DNA from: a candidate division WWE3 bacterium RAAC2_WWE3_1
GTDB taxonomy: Bacteria > Patescibacteriota > WWE3 > UBA101185 > UBA10185
Length of the DNA: 64,000 bases
NCBI GenBank assembly: GCA_000503835.1
Contig: CP006914.1
Location: 379,909-443,908, forward strand
Direction: 5' to 3'
The translations under genes were made by a program, and so were the position numbers. Under the pieces are notes generated by a model. That model was not told where the DNA came from, did no database searches, and saw nothing but the letters and a program-made list of their open reading frames with translations. Shown here piece after piece: positions 26,334 to 36,906 of this stretch. The first letter of the stretch is position 1. The number at the start of each line of letters is the position of its first letter.

Positions 26334-28133
26334 ATGGCTAAAGAAAAAGTAATAGACAAATTAAAAAATGATCCGCTGATGCCTTTGCGTCACTCCGCTG
26401 AGCATGTTCTTCATACAGCGGTGGAGAAGGTTTTCCCCGGAGCGAAAAAAGTCATGGGACCGCCTATTGAAAACGGTTTTTATTGCGACTTTGACTACGA
26501 CGGCAAGATAAACGAAGAAGACTTTCCAAAAATCGAGCAGGTAATGCAGGAAATTATCGACGCCGAACTCCCGGTTAAAAAACACACTTTATCTGCCGAC
26601 GAAGCAAAAAAAATATTTAAAGACAACCCTTTCAAACTGGAGCTTATTGAAGAACACTCTAAAGACAGTGAAAAGCTTACTTTCTATACATTCGGAGAAG
26701 AAGGAGATAAATATTACGATATCGACCTGTGCGCCGGGCCCCACGTGGACAATACAAGAGAAATAAAAGCATTCAAACTACTAAGCGTGGCCGGAGCCTA
26801 CTGGAGAGGGAACGAGAAAAATAAAATGCTTGTGAGAATTTACGCCACTGCCTTCGACACCAAAGAGAAATTAGACGCTTATCTTGAACTTTTGGAAGAA
26901 CAAAAAAGACGCGACCACAGAAAACTTGGAAAAGATCTTGAGATCTTCACTATCAGTGAAGAAGTAGGTCCCGGTCTCCCGTTATGGCTCCCGAATGGGG
27001 CAATAATGAAGGAAGAGCTCGAAAAGTGGGGGAAACAAACAGAGGATGACTGGGGATACAAAAGAGTATCCACACCCTTCATGACCAAACGTACTCTCTT
27101 CGAAATATCCGGTCACGTTCCTTACTTCGAAGAAGAAATGTATAAGGTGGAAATTCCCGGAGAAGGTGAAGAGGAGTATTTCATAAAACCCATGAACTGT
27201 CCCTTTCATCATTTAATCTACAAGTCGAAACCGCGCAGTTATAGAGACCTCCCATTAAGACTCGCCGAGTACGGGACAGTCGCGAGGTACGAAAACCGTG
27301 GTTCCCTTAACGGTATTTTAAGACCCAGGGTTTTTACTCAAAACGATGCGCATGTTTACTGCTCCGAAGAACAGGCAATTGACGTTTTTGTGGAGATAAT
27401 GGATCTGCACAGGTATTACTACGACAAACTCGGTTTAAAAGACTACCGCGTTGTCCTGGGACTTCCTGACCCCGAGATAAGGGGTAAGTATCACGGAGAC
27501 AAGGAGATGTGGGAAAAGGCCGAAAAAATGTCCAGGACGGCTCTGGAAAAAGCCGGAGTAGATTATGAGGAAGAGATTGGCGGTGCGGCTCACTACGGCC
27601 CCAAAATGGACTTAAAAATAAGGTCGGCGATAGGAAACGAGTACGCGATTTCCACTAATCAAATAGATTTGTACATGCCGGGAAGATTTGGCCTCACGTT
27701 CACCGACAAGGATGGAAAAGAGAAACCTGTAGTCGTTCAGCACCGCGCACCTTTGGGTTCCGACGAGCGTTTTATCGGGTTTCTGCTTGAACAGTTCGCC
27801 GGGAACATGCCTGTCTGGTTATCACCGGTCCAGATAGTAATAATACCCATCGGCGAAAAACACCACGAATACGCCGCCTCGCTTGAAAAAGTACTAAAAG
27901 AGGAGGGCTTGAGAGCTCAGACAGACAACAGAAGCGAACCCATGAACGCAAGGATTAGAGACGCACAGATGATGAAAATCCCTTACATGTTGATTGCAGG
28001 CGATAAAGAGGTAGAATCAGAAACGGCCAGTGTCCGCTTAAGGACGGGCGAAAACCTGGGTCCGGTCAAAACAAGCGAAATAATAAGCAAGGTCAAGGAA
28101 ATATATTTGACCAGAGACCTATCTTTATGGTAA
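26334..28133 (+). CDS. thrS: Threonyl-tRNA synthetase (lacking N-terminal TGS domain)
   Basis: Class II motifs (NCPFHHLIY..., FTQNDAHVY, HRAPLGSDERFIGFLLE), C-terminal anticodon-binding domain; followed by infC-rpmI-rplT as in most bacteria. Confidence 0.9.
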   Translation: MAKEKVIDKLKNDPLMPLRHSAEHVLHTAVEKVFPGAKKVMGPPIENGFYCDFDYDGKINEEDFPKIEQVMQEIIDAELPVKKHTLSADEAKKIFKDNPFKLELIEEHSKDSEKLTFYTFGEEGDKYYDIDLCAGPHVDNTREIKAFKLLSVAGAYWRGNEKNKMLVRIYATAFDTKEKLDAYLELLEEQKRRDHRKLGKDLEIFTISEEVGPGLPLWLPNGAIMKEELEKWGKQTEDDWGYKRVSTPFMTKRTLFEISGHVPYFEEEMYKVEIPGEGEEEYFIKPMNCPFHHLIYKSKPRSYRDLPLRLAEYGTVARYENRGSLNGILRPRVFTQNDAHVYCSEEQAIDVFVEIMDLHRYYYDKLGLKDYRVVLGLPDPEIRGKYHGDKEMWEKAEKMSRTALEKAGVDYEEEIGGAAHYGPKMDLKIRSAIGNEYAISTNQIDLYMPGRFGLTFTDKDGKEKPVVVQHRAPLGSDERFIGFLLEQFAGNMPVWLSPVQIVIIPIGEKHHEYAASLEKVLKEEGLRAQTDNRSEPMNARIRDAQMMKIPYMLIAGDKEVESETASVRLRTGENLGPVKTSEIISKVKEIYLTRDLSLW

Positions 28134-28162
28134 TTTATTGCAGTTATGGGAGGAAATAGGCT

Positions 28163-28669
28163 ATACAGAACCAACACATTTTAAACGATAGGATAAGAGT
28201 CCGACAGCTGGTGGTAATTGATGAGGAAGGCAAGAATTTAGGGGTTTTGGACACATTCAAAGCTTTAAATATTGCGAGAGAAAGGGAACTTGATTTGCTC
28301 TTGGTGGCTCCGAACGCGCAGATTCCGGTAGCCAAGATTGTGGACTACTCTAAGTTCCTCTACGAAGAAAGAAAGAAACTGAGCGCGGCAAGAGTGAAAA
28401 GCAAAAAAAGTGAGCTCAAAGAACTGAGGTTCGGTCCGCATACGGACGAAGGTGATCTGAACAGATACATCGAAAGAGCCAAAGAGTTTCTGAGCGACGG
28501 GAACAGGGTGAAGATAACGATAAAAATGCGGGGTAGGGAAGGCATATTTCCCGAAGTTGCGTTTGAAAAATTAAAAAAAGTAGAAGAAGGTTTGACTGAA
28601 AACGGAAAGATAGAATCTCCGCCCAAAAGGATGGGTCAAATGGTCTGGGAGATATTCATTCCTAGATGA
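28163..28669 (+). CDS. infC: Translation initiation factor IF-3, non-AUG start (AUA at 28163 or AUU at 28178)
   Basis: Conserved IF3 N-terminus ILNDRIRVRQLVVIDEEGKNLGV lies upstream of the first ATG/GTG; frame opens after TAG at 28157; GGAGG at 28149 is 9 nt upstream of ATA 28163. Confidence 0.8.
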   Translation: MQNQHILNDRIRVRQLVVIDEEGKNLGVLDTFKALNIARERELDLLLVAPNAQIPVAKIVDYSKFLYEERKKLSAARVKSKKSELKELRFGPHTDEGDLNRYIERAKEFLSDGNRVKITIKMRGREGIFPEVAFEKLKKVEEGLTENGKIESPPKRMGQMVWEIFIPR

Positions 28670-28696
28670 GTTTCGTTCCGAAAGAAGAAAGAAAAA

Positions 28697-28912
28697 ATGC
28701 CTAAGATAAAATCGAAAAAAACATTATTAAAAAGGGTAAAGGTTACCAAAACCGGCAAAATTATGAAAAAAAACGTGAGCACCGGACACCTGAAAAGGAA
28801 GTGGAGTGCAAGCTCGCAACACAGAAAAAAAGGCCGTGAAGAACAGCTTGACAGAGGCCACATTAAAATTATAAGGAACCTGTTGGTTAAGAAAGGTAAA
28901 GGAATAAAGTAA
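28697..28912 (+). CDS. rpmI: 50S ribosomal protein L35
   Basis: MPKIKSKKTLLKRVKVTKTGK... typical L35; synteny infC-rpmI-rplT. Confidence 0.85.
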   Translation: MPKIKSKKTLLKRVKVTKTGKIMKKNVSTGHLKRKWSASSQHRKKGREEQLDRGHIKIIRNLLVKKGKGIK

Positions 28913-29262
28913 TGGCTAGAGTAAAAGGCGGGCCAAGAGCCCACGCAAAACATAAAAAAGTATTAAAACTGGCAGAGGGCTATAGAGGCACCAGGAACAG
29001 GCTCTTCAGAAGAGCTCAGGAAGGTGTGATCAGAGCTGGAGAGCACGCATTCGAAGGAAGAAGACAAAGAAAAAGAGATATGAGAAGACTCTGGATAACC
29101 AGATTAAGCGCTGCTTTAATACAATACGACATGAAATATTCCAGATTTATCGCAGGCCTGAAGAAGAGCGACATACTCCTCAATAGAAAAACTCTTTCTG
29201 AGATGGCAATAAATGAACCCAAAGACTTTGAAAAGGTAGTCAACGCAGTAAAGAAAGGCTAA
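28912..29262 (+). CDS. rplT: 50S ribosomal protein L20
   Basis: MARVKGGPRAHAKHKKVLKLAEGYRG... typical L20. Confidence 0.9.
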   Translation: MARVKGGPRAHAKHKKVLKLAEGYRGTRNRLFRRAQEGVIRAGEHAFEGRRQRKRDMRRLWITRLSAALIQYDMKYSRFIAGLKKSDILLNRKTLSEMAINEPKDFEKVVNAVKKG

Positions 29263-29279
29263 CCCGAAAAGAAGTTTTT

Positions 29280-31112
29280 ATGGATACTGCCACAAACGTT
29301 TCCAGATACGAAGCAGATAAAGTAGATCTGAACGAATTTGTAAAAATAACCAAATGGGTTTTGGGACTTATTTACAACATTAGTCCGTTACACTTTATTC
29401 TCAATATTACGGCAACGATAATCTGGAAGTGGGAAGACCTTATTTATTCTTTTATTTACGCCAAAGCAATAGATGAACTTATTAAAGTCGCACAACTACC
29501 CGGCGCATCTCTCACATATCTATATCCATATTTAGGAATCTTATTAGCATACAATTTTTTCTCCACAATCATCTCCTTTATCAGATCATATTCCTCCCAG
29601 CACATACGCGTAGTAAGCCGTTATGCCATAAGAAAAAAAGAATACGACAAACTCAACTCTATAGGTATACAAACTCTGGAAATTCCTGAGGTAAACAACA
29701 AAATAAACAGAGCCAACGACTACCTTAATAATCTGATGCCTTATATGGAACAAACGGTGAATTTTATAGCGGACATCGTAAAGTTGGTTACGGCGGTTGG
29801 GCTGACTATAAAATTTATTCCCGCATTCGCCCCCCTGATATTAATCGCGTCTGTACCATATCTTCTTTTTGACAGATCAATGAGAAAAAAACTCTACAAG
29901 TTTGACTACGACAATACTGAGAAAGGACGTGTGGCAGGAAATGTCCACAGCGACCTAACGAATTCAGTTAAACTTCACGAGGTAAGCATTAACAACGCAT
30001 ACGCGTACCTGGACAAGAAATATACCGATATCCGGGATTTTTTTGTCAGCAATAGGCTGGAAATTTTCAAAAAATGGCGGTTAGGCGGCAGTTCGCTAGG
30101 ATTTTTAAACGACATTGTGATTTTATTCGGGTACACCCAAATCTTCCAAAAACTCATTAACAAAGTCATCTCTGTCGGAGATACGGTTTTTTGGATGAGA
30201 ACGTTGGGTATTTTTCAAAATTCTCTCCATAACGTTATACGCGGGTTAAACGACCTGTTTGAGTGGTCGTTACAACTAAAAGACACGTACCTGTTGTTCC
30301 AGACACAACCGGCCTTCGAAGACGGAAATATAAAGTTCCCTAAATTTACACAAGGCCCGGGAATAATTTTTAAAGACATTACCTTCACATATCCGAACAC
30401 TTCTAGACCTGTTATAGAAAATCTTAACCTGGAAATTAATCCAGGTGAAAAGATTGCGATAGTAGGTCAAAACGGAGCGGGAAAAACTACATTGATAAAA
30501 CTACTTTCCCGTTTTTACAAAGTAAATTCCGGTAAAATTTTAATAAACGATACGGATATCAATGCCCTCGAGATTAATACCTTATATCAAAATATGGGCG
30601 TCCTATTTCAGGATTTTAATACACACCAACACCTCACTGTTAAAGAAAATATATTTTTAGGAGCACCGGAGGGGGAAATTGATATGGACAAGATTAAAAT
30701 AGCCGCAGAAGCGGCGGATGCCGACAAGTTTATAGAAAAATACACTAATAAATACAATCAGGTGTTAAGTGAAAAATTTAAGGGCGGGATAAGACCGAGC
30801 ACGGGGCAATGGCAAAAACTTGCACTTGCCAGGTTCTTTTACAGGAACTCTCCAATTGTCATTTTTGATGAACCTACCGCCTCAATCGACCCGGTTTCCG
30901 AATACAACATCTTTAATAAAATTTACGAATTTTTCAAAAATAAGACGGTTATAATTGTTTCCCATAGATTTTCTACGGTGCGAAACGCCGACCGAATTGT
31001 TGTAATGGAAAATGGTCAGATAATTGAATCGGGTTCGCATGAGACTTTAATGTCTCAAAACGGGAATTATGCAAACGCATTTAAACTTCAGGCTCAGGGT
31101 TACACAGTTTAA
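29280..31112 (+). CDS. ABC exporter, fused transmembrane + ATP-binding domains (MsbA/type I exporter-like)
   Basis: Six N-terminal TM helices; Walker A GQNGAGKTT, degenerate signature STGQWQKLALAR, Walker B IVIFDEPTASID, H-loop VSHR. Confidence 0.85.
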   Translation: MDTATNVSRYEADKVDLNEFVKITKWVLGLIYNISPLHFILNITATIIWKWEDLIYSFIYAKAIDELIKVAQLPGASLTYLYPYLGILLAYNFFSTIISFIRSYSSQHIRVVSRYAIRKKEYDKLNSIGIQTLEIPEVNNKINRANDYLNNLMPYMEQTVNFIADIVKLVTAVGLTIKFIPAFAPLILIASVPYLLFDRSMRKKLYKFDYDNTEKGRVAGNVHSDLTNSVKLHEVSINNAYAYLDKKYTDIRDFFVSNRLEIFKKWRLGGSSLGFLNDIVILFGYTQIFQKLINKVISVGDTVFWMRTLGIFQNSLHNVIRGLNDLFEWSLQLKDTYLLFQTQPAFEDGNIKFPKFTQGPGIIFKDITFTYPNTSRPVIENLNLEINPGEKIAIVGQNGAGKTTLIKLLSRFYKVNSGKILINDTDINALEINTLYQNMGVLFQDFNTHQHLTVKENIFLGAPEGEIDMDKIKIAAEAADADKFIEKYTNKYNQVLSEKFKGGIRPSTGQWQKLALARFFYRNSPIVIFDEPTASIDPVSEYNIFNKIYEFFKNKTVIIVSHRFSTVRNADRIVVMENGQIIESGSHETLMSQNGNYANAFKLQAQGYTV

Positions 31113-31114
31113 CG

Positions 31115-32977
31115 TTAAACTTTCAATTTAATTCCGTACTTAGAATCCAGATTTTTTATTATTGCGTCCCTTATACCCTTTGTTTCTTCTGAAGTTATTT
31201 GTTTCGCCCGATCTAAAAATTCTATCGAGAGGGTTAGCGCATCTTCATACATATCCTTGAAGCCGACTTTATTGACCCGAACGTCAGTGCTACTTACTAC
31301 ACTTACTATTTCGGAAAAAGATGTGGCGTCCCCTACAATAATTGTTATGTCTTCTTTTATAGAATTGAATCCAGTCAGCGGCGAATACACCCTGCTACCC
31401 CCGGCTGAATCTACCATTTTATCGAAAGGTAACTCGCAGCTTATAATCGCGCCGGAGTGTTCAGTAATTTCATATGGAAAGTCTCCTGTAACACCCAACT
31501 CCTCAAAAAGAGCCTCCACAATCCCTTTAAATACAAGGAAATCGACGCCTCTTGCCACCATCCCCAGCATGTAAGGCTGCTCCGGCAAATCTCCTTTTTT
31601 AGCGAGATACACAGAGGAAAGTTCAAAAAGTTTTACAGTTTCGGAGTAACCTTTGTTCTTGTTTAGAACATCTAGAAGTTTGGGCGTTAAAGATGTTCTC
31701 AAAAATTCAAGGTCGGCATTAAGCGGATTTTTCACTTTCAGTGCTCCGTGCCCCGCCATACTACCCGGAACTGCAGAATAGTTGTAGCATTCGAAAAATC
31801 CCATATGTTTCAAGAAGTCTTTAGTCTTATCTTCAAGTGCGAAATTGTCGGTCTTAGTGTGATGGGGTAGGGTACCGCCGGGAAGTTCGTTGGGCAGTTC
31901 CTGGTAACCGTATATTCTTATTACTTCTTCAGCGAGATCTTCAATAATTTCGATGTCGTCGTATCTCCACGAAGGAACATAAACATCACTTCCTTTAATT
32001 ACAAAACCCAAAGAAGTAAGCGTCGAGTTTACAAAATCTTTTTTTATTTCGGTGCCCGCAATTTTGTTAATTTTTTCGTAATCAATCTTAATATGTTTTT
32101 TTGTATAGACAGTTCCTGTTAAATCTATAAGCTCTGAGGAAACTTCGCCCCCGCTCAGCTCAGTCAACATTCCCACCGCAGTTTGTAAGGAAGGAATAAC
32201 GCTCTCAAAATCCACGCCCTTTTCAAAACGGAGAGCCGCTTCAGTGCGGTGTCCCAGGCTCATTGATGATTTTCTTATTCTGACGGGGTCGTAAACCTGT
32301 ACAAATAAGAGAACTTTGGTGGTGTTTTCGTCCACCTCGCTGTTCAAACCTCCCATGATTCCGCAAAGATCTATTAGTCTGCCGTCGCCATCTTCGATTA
32401 CGATTACGCCTTCGGGCAAGACCCTTTTTACCCCGTCTAAAGTAACAATCTCTTCGCCCCTTTTGGATTCTCTGACTGTCATTTCGTGACCGGTAATCTT
32501 GTTGTAATCAAAAGCGTGCATCGGCTGACCAAGTTCTATCATGCAGTAATTTGTCACGTCCACAATATTGTTAATTGCCCTTATTCCAACCTTTGACAAT
32601 CTTTCTTTTACCAATGCGGGAGATTCTTTTACTTTAACTTTATCAATTACAACCGCGCTGAAACGCGGGACCAAAGAGTTGTCGGATATTTTTACCTTTA
32701 ATTTGTCCCTTCCGGAATATTTCTTTACGGGAAATGATTTTTTTACCCAATCCGCGGAAAAGCCCTTCACGGGAAGTACTGCCGCAAGTTCTCTGGCAAT
32801 ACCCAGCACTGAGAGACCATCGCCTCTGTTGGGAGTTACTTCGATTTCCAGTGTATCGTCGTCTATTATTTTCTCGACGCTGAAAGAGTGCTCCGATAAA
32901 GCTTTAGCAACATCACGGATACCCGCGTTCGTTTTCACATAATCTTTAAGCCATGAAAAAGGTATTAGCACATTCAT
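31115..32977 (-). CDS. pheT: Phenylalanyl-tRNA synthetase beta subunit (short form, 620 aa)
   Basis: B3/B4 and B5 region similarity (NRGDGLSVLGIARELAAV...), immediately downstream of pheS. Confidence 0.85.
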   Translation of the reverse strand: MNVLIPFSWLKDYVKTNAGIRDVAKALSEHSFSVEKIIDDDTLEIEVTPNRGDGLSVLGIARELAAVLPVKGFSADWVKKSFPVKKYSGRDKLKVKISDNSLVPRFSAVVIDKVKVKESPALVKERLSKVGIRAINNIVDVTNYCMIELGQPMHAFDYNKITGHEMTVRESKRGEEIVTLDGVKRVLPEGVIVIEDGDGRLIDLCGIMGGLNSEVDENTTKVLLFVQVYDPVRIRKSSMSLGHRTEAALRFEKGVDFESVIPSLQTAVGMLTELSGGEVSSELIDLTGTVYTKKHIKIDYEKINKIAGTEIKKDFVNSTLTSLGFVIKGSDVYVPSWRYDDIEIIEDLAEEVIRIYGYQELPNELPGGTLPHHTKTDNFALEDKTKDFLKHMGFFECYNYSAVPGSMAGHGALKVKNPLNADLEFLRTSLTPKLLDVLNKNKGYSETVKLFELSSVYLAKKGDLPEQPYMLGMVARGVDFLVFKGIVEALFEELGVTGDFPYEITEHSGAIISCELPFDKMVDSAGGSRVYSPLTGFNSIKEDITIIVGDATSFSEIVSVVSSTDVRVNKVGFKDMYEDALTLSIEFLDRAKQITSEETKGIRDAIIKNLDSKYGIKLKV

Positions 32978-32978
32978 T

Positions 32979-34013
32979 TTAAAATTGCTCCAAAAACTTT
33001 AAATTATTTTCAAAAAGGTAGCGTATATCGTCAATCTTTAATCCGGTTCTCATCATGAGAACCCTCTCAACGCCCCATCCGAAAGCAAATCCGGAGTAAA
33101 CCTCCGGGTCTATCCCACCCGCTCTTAAAACGTTGGGGTGCACCATTCCCGCGCCGCCAAGCTCGACCCATCCTTCTTTGCAGAAACGGCATCCTTTACC
33201 TCCGCATATCCCGCACGTGACGTCGACTTCAAAACTTGGCTCTGTGAACCTGAAATCATAGGGTCTTAAACGAAACTTGGTGTCCTTACCAAAAAAATTA
33301 TAAATCAGGTATTCAAGAACGCCTTTTAAATGGGTGATACTAATATCCTTATCTACAACAAACCCCTCGAATTGATAAAAGGTGGGGACGTGGTTAATGT
33401 CGCTTTGTCTTCTCCCGCAACGTGAAATATTAAGCATTCTTATAGGCAACCTGCCTTTCAGCATCTCGCGTATCTGCCCGTTGGACGTGTGTGGGGTAAT
33501 CACGACTTTCCCAAGTTTAGGGTCTTCCGGAAGATCTATAAAAAACGTTTCCCACTCATCGCGCGCCGGGTGCGTTTTGGGCATGTTTAAGGCTTCAAAA
33601 GAGTAGTAGTCCCATTCTACTTCCGGATATCTGACTCTTATAAAACCCAGCTTCGAGAACACCTCGTTTATTTCGCGTATTGCCTGGGTTATTAAGTGGA
33701 GATGGCCGATTTCGGGCTTCTTGCCGGGTAAGGTTTTGTAAAAATTCTCCAAGGACTTATCTTTTTTTATTGAAGTAACAGAGTTGAGACTGCTAGAGTA
33801 GATATCTTCTAAAAAGGATCTAAGTTCGTTCACCCCGCGACCCAGCTCTTTTTTTTCTTCCGGCGTTAACCCGGACACATCCGAGGTCAGCGACCTGAGA
33901 ACACCTTTTTTGCCCAGATATTTAGAATGCCACTCGGATAAACTCCTGAGGTCCGGTGTCTTTTCTAATTCATCTTTAGCTTCCGATTTAATGGATCGTA
34001 AATCTAATTTCAT
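32979..34013 (-). CDS. pheS: Phenylalanyl-tRNA synthetase alpha subunit
   Basis: Class II motifs: FRLRPYDFRFTEPSFEVDV (motif 2 region), GFAFGWGVERVLMM (motif 3). Confidence 0.9.
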   Translation of the reverse strand: MKLDLRSIKSEAKDELEKTPDLRSLSEWHSKYLGKKGVLRSLTSDVSGLTPEEKKELGRGVNELRSFLEDIYSSSLNSVTSIKKDKSLENFYKTLPGKKPEIGHLHLITQAIREINEVFSKLGFIRVRYPEVEWDYYSFEALNMPKTHPARDEWETFFIDLPEDPKLGKVVITPHTSNGQIREMLKGRLPIRMLNISRCGRRQSDINHVPTFYQFEGFVVDKDISITHLKGVLEYLIYNFFGKDTKFRLRPYDFRFTEPSFEVDVTCGICGGKGCRFCKEGWVELGGAGMVHPNVLRAGGIDPEVYSGFAFGWGVERVLMMRTGLKIDDIRYLFENNLKFLEQF

Positions 34014-34075
34014 AATCTCTAACCAAATATTGCAGGGCAGGGCAGTATTGTCAAGGGAAATGGTGCCTTTAATGC

Positions 34076-36796
34076 CTATTGCCTCGCGTAACCGACCACG
34101 TTAAGTCTAATCTTGGCACTTCCCTTATTATCATCGTCGTCGGTAACGGTAGCCTCAAATTCGTGGCTTCCGATTTTTGACGCATCGAGCTCAAAATTAT
34201 AGCCGTATGGACTTGCATCGTCTTCCGCCACTTTGTCCCCGTCCATATAGATACGTACTATTTTAATGTCGTTGTAGGCTGACACCTCCACGTTCAATCT
34301 GAAATTTAGCGGAACGTTTTGGCCTTCTTTCACACCGACTATCTCAACATTTACATCGTCTTTGTTTGAAACCTCATCTCCGTCGAACTCAAGCTTAGAC
34401 TGCATTAGTGGGGGAAAGAATCTATCATCCTCCTTGTATTTTTCTTTAACCCAGGCATCGACCGCCGGCTGCCACTCGCTATAAGGGGCAGTCACACGGA
34501 CAAAGCTTATTTCGTCGGTTTCGCCCGCATCTTTACAACCTTCGTTGGCAATCCTACCGTCTATTTTGCAGACCTCAAGTCTCTGAAACCAATCGCTCTT
34601 TGCCGTAGGCTCGGTGCCTTTTATAAACCATTCATTTCTTGTGTCAAAACCTTCGAAGGGCAAACCTCCGGTAAGCTTGTCCACCTCGAATTTTTCAACA
34701 TTCGACGGTGCTTTAAACTTTTCATCTGTTTTATCCTTCAGGTACTCTTTTACAAAAGAGTTCCAAATTGGGGAAGCTCCGGTAATACCCGATGCGATAT
34801 AAGGATTCATCTTCTCGTTGTTGCTGTTGCCGACCCACACTCCGACAACAACCGAAGGTGTGTATCCTATGGCGTAGTTATCTCTTTTGTCGTCGGTAGT
34901 TCCCGTTTTTACTGCAACGGTATGACCGGGAATATTCAATAAACTTCCGGTACCAAATACGTCAGAGCGTGCTCCATTATCCGATAAGATATCTGATATT
35001 AAAAATGCGGTTCCCTCTTCGAGTGCCCTAACCCCCTGCACCTGAGGTTTATAAACGACTTTGCCGTTGGAATCCTGAACTTCTATTATTGGTACGGGCT
35101 GATGGAACATTCCTCCGGCAGCAAATACTGAGTACGCCCCTGCAAGCTCCAGTAACTTGGTTTCACCTCCGCCCAAAGTCAGTGCCAATCCGTATCTTTG
35201 TCTATCCTTGAACGTTGTAATGCCCATCTTTTCCGCCAAGTCAATCATGTTATCTATTCCGCCGATTTTCAGGGCTTCAACTGCGGGAATGTTTAACGAG
35301 TTGCCCAAGGCACGTCTCAGCGGAACAACGCCTCTGAAAATACCGTCATAGTTCTCCGGAATATACGGCTTGTCGGGCGCGGATCCTTCAAAGGAAATAG
35401 GCATATCTAAGAGAGGGTAGGCTGCCGAGTATCCCTGAGCCAGCATATTTGCGTAGGTTATTGGTTTAATCGCCGAACCCGGCTGTCTGTCCGACACCGC
35501 TACATTTACATAAGGGTCGAATTTGCATGAATTTTCTCCGGAAGTTCCGGATATACAGCCTTCGGGCTGAGCATCCAGGTTGTACCCTTTAGAACCGACC
35601 ATCGCCAGTATTTGTCCTGTTTTAGGGTCCAGAACAACCATCGCCCCGTTCCAGACGTTAAGATTGACCGATTCCTCAAGTTCATTGGTAACTGTCTCCT
35701 GAGCCACCTTCTGCAAATCCAGATCGATCGAAGTTTTAACTTTCAAACCGCCTTTTTCTACCGCGTCCTCACCTAAGATATCTATCAGGTACTGCTTGGC
35801 GTAAAAAACGAAATGAGGTGCTTCCAATGGAACGCGTGCAGTCTCAAACTTTAATTCTTCGTTCCTGGCTGCATCATAGTCTTCCTGGCTGAGATAATGC
35901 CTCTTTCCGTCACCCGCAATCCAGCCCCTTTCACGCATTAAATAAAGGACGTAATCTTTCCTTTCAATCCCGGCCTCAGGATTAACCCCGAACTGCGAGT
36001 AATAGCTCGGTCTTTGGGGCAGTCCGGCAAGATAAGCCGATTCGGCTACAGTGAGATCTTTAGGTAATTTGTTGAAATAGGCTTTGGAGGCACTGTATAT
36101 CCCGTAGTTCTGTCCGCCATAGGGAGTTTCGTTTAAATACATCTGGATTATCTCATCTTTGCTGTAACGGTTCTCAAGCTGTAAAGAAAGAATCATTTCC
36201 TTGATTTTACGCACTAAAGTTCTATCCTGAGTTAAAAGAGTGTTCTTTATGACCTGCTGGGTTAATGTGGAGCCTCCCTGAAGACCTTCGCCCGTGAAAG
36301 TATTTACCAAAGCTCTCGCCATACCCCGCAACGAGTACCCCTGGTGCAAATAAAATTCAGCATCCTCGGTGGACAACGTGGCGTAGGTAACGTAGGGGTT
36401 TACATCTTCCATTTTAACGAGAGTCCTGTTCTTGTCACCGAACACTTCGTAGATGAGCTTGTCATTGCGGTCGTAAAACCTCGTGGAAAGCTCAAAGCTT
36501 CTTTCGAGCAGTTGCGTAGGATTGGGCAATTCTCTTGAAAAATAGGCAAAAACTACAACCGTCCCGAACAAACCTGCTACCATCAAGGTTAAAACTGCAG
36601 AAGCGATAACTGTATAAGTTTTGAGTTTTTTTGCACCCAAACCTGCAAGAGAAACGGTGTCGGGTTTGTTTTTCTTGTAGAAACCCGTTACAGCCTTTAC
36701 GCCCGAGAAATCGAAGATGCCCGACAATTTAAATTTCTTTAAAAAGTTATTTTTCGGTTTATACGTTCTGTATTTTCCCGTTTTCCTAACCGGCAT
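34076..36796 (-). CDS. Class A penicillin-binding protein (bifunctional GT51 transglycosylase / transpeptidase) with ~150-aa C-terminal extension
   Basis: N-terminal TM; GT51 motifs EDAEFYLHQGYSLRG, GGSTLTQQVIKN; TPase SxxK (SAIKP), SxN region, KTGTT. Confidence 0.9.
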   Translation of the reverse strand: MPVRKTGKYRTYKPKNNFLKKFKLSGIFDFSGVKAVTGFYKKNKPDTVSLAGLGAKKLKTYTVIASAVLTLMVAGLFGTVVVFAYFSRELPNPTQLLERSFELSTRFYDRNDKLIYEVFGDKNRTLVKMEDVNPYVTYATLSTEDAEFYLHQGYSLRGMARALVNTFTGEGLQGGSTLTQQVIKNTLLTQDRTLVRKIKEMILSLQLENRYSKDEIIQMYLNETPYGGQNYGIYSASKAYFNKLPKDLTVAESAYLAGLPQRPSYYSQFGVNPEAGIERKDYVLYLMRERGWIAGDGKRHYLSQEDYDAARNEELKFETARVPLEAPHFVFYAKQYLIDILGEDAVEKGGLKVKTSIDLDLQKVAQETVTNELEESVNLNVWNGAMVVLDPKTGQILAMVGSKGYNLDAQPEGCISGTSGENSCKFDPYVNVAVSDRQPGSAIKPITYANMLAQGYSAAYPLLDMPISFEGSAPDKPYIPENYDGIFRGVVPLRRALGNSLNIPAVEALKIGGIDNMIDLAEKMGITTFKDRQRYGLALTLGGGETKLLELAGAYSVFAAGGMFHQPVPIIEVQDSNGKVVYKPQVQGVRALEEGTAFLISDILSDNGARSDVFGTGSLLNIPGHTVAVKTGTTDDKRDNYAIGYTPSVVVGVWVGNSNNEKMNPYIASGITGASPIWNSFVKEYLKDKTDEKFKAPSNVEKFEVDKLTGGLPFEGFDTRNEWFIKGTEPTAKSDWFQRLEVCKIDGRIANEGCKDAGETDEISFVRVTAPYSEWQPAVDAWVKEKYKEDDRFFPPLMQSKLEFDGDEVSNKDDVNVEIVGVKEGQNVPLNFRLNVEVSAYNDIKIVRIYMDGDKVAEDDASPYGYNFELDASKIGSHEFEATVTDDDDNKGSAKIRLNVVGYARQ

Positions 36797-36906
36797 TACA
36801 AAATTATACCATTATGCTGCGGGTCGGGGGCAGTTTAAAAGCGGTTTGATTATTGCGTCTTTTTGCTGTAATATGGCGTGATTCCATAAGAGAGGAGAGC
36901 AACAAA

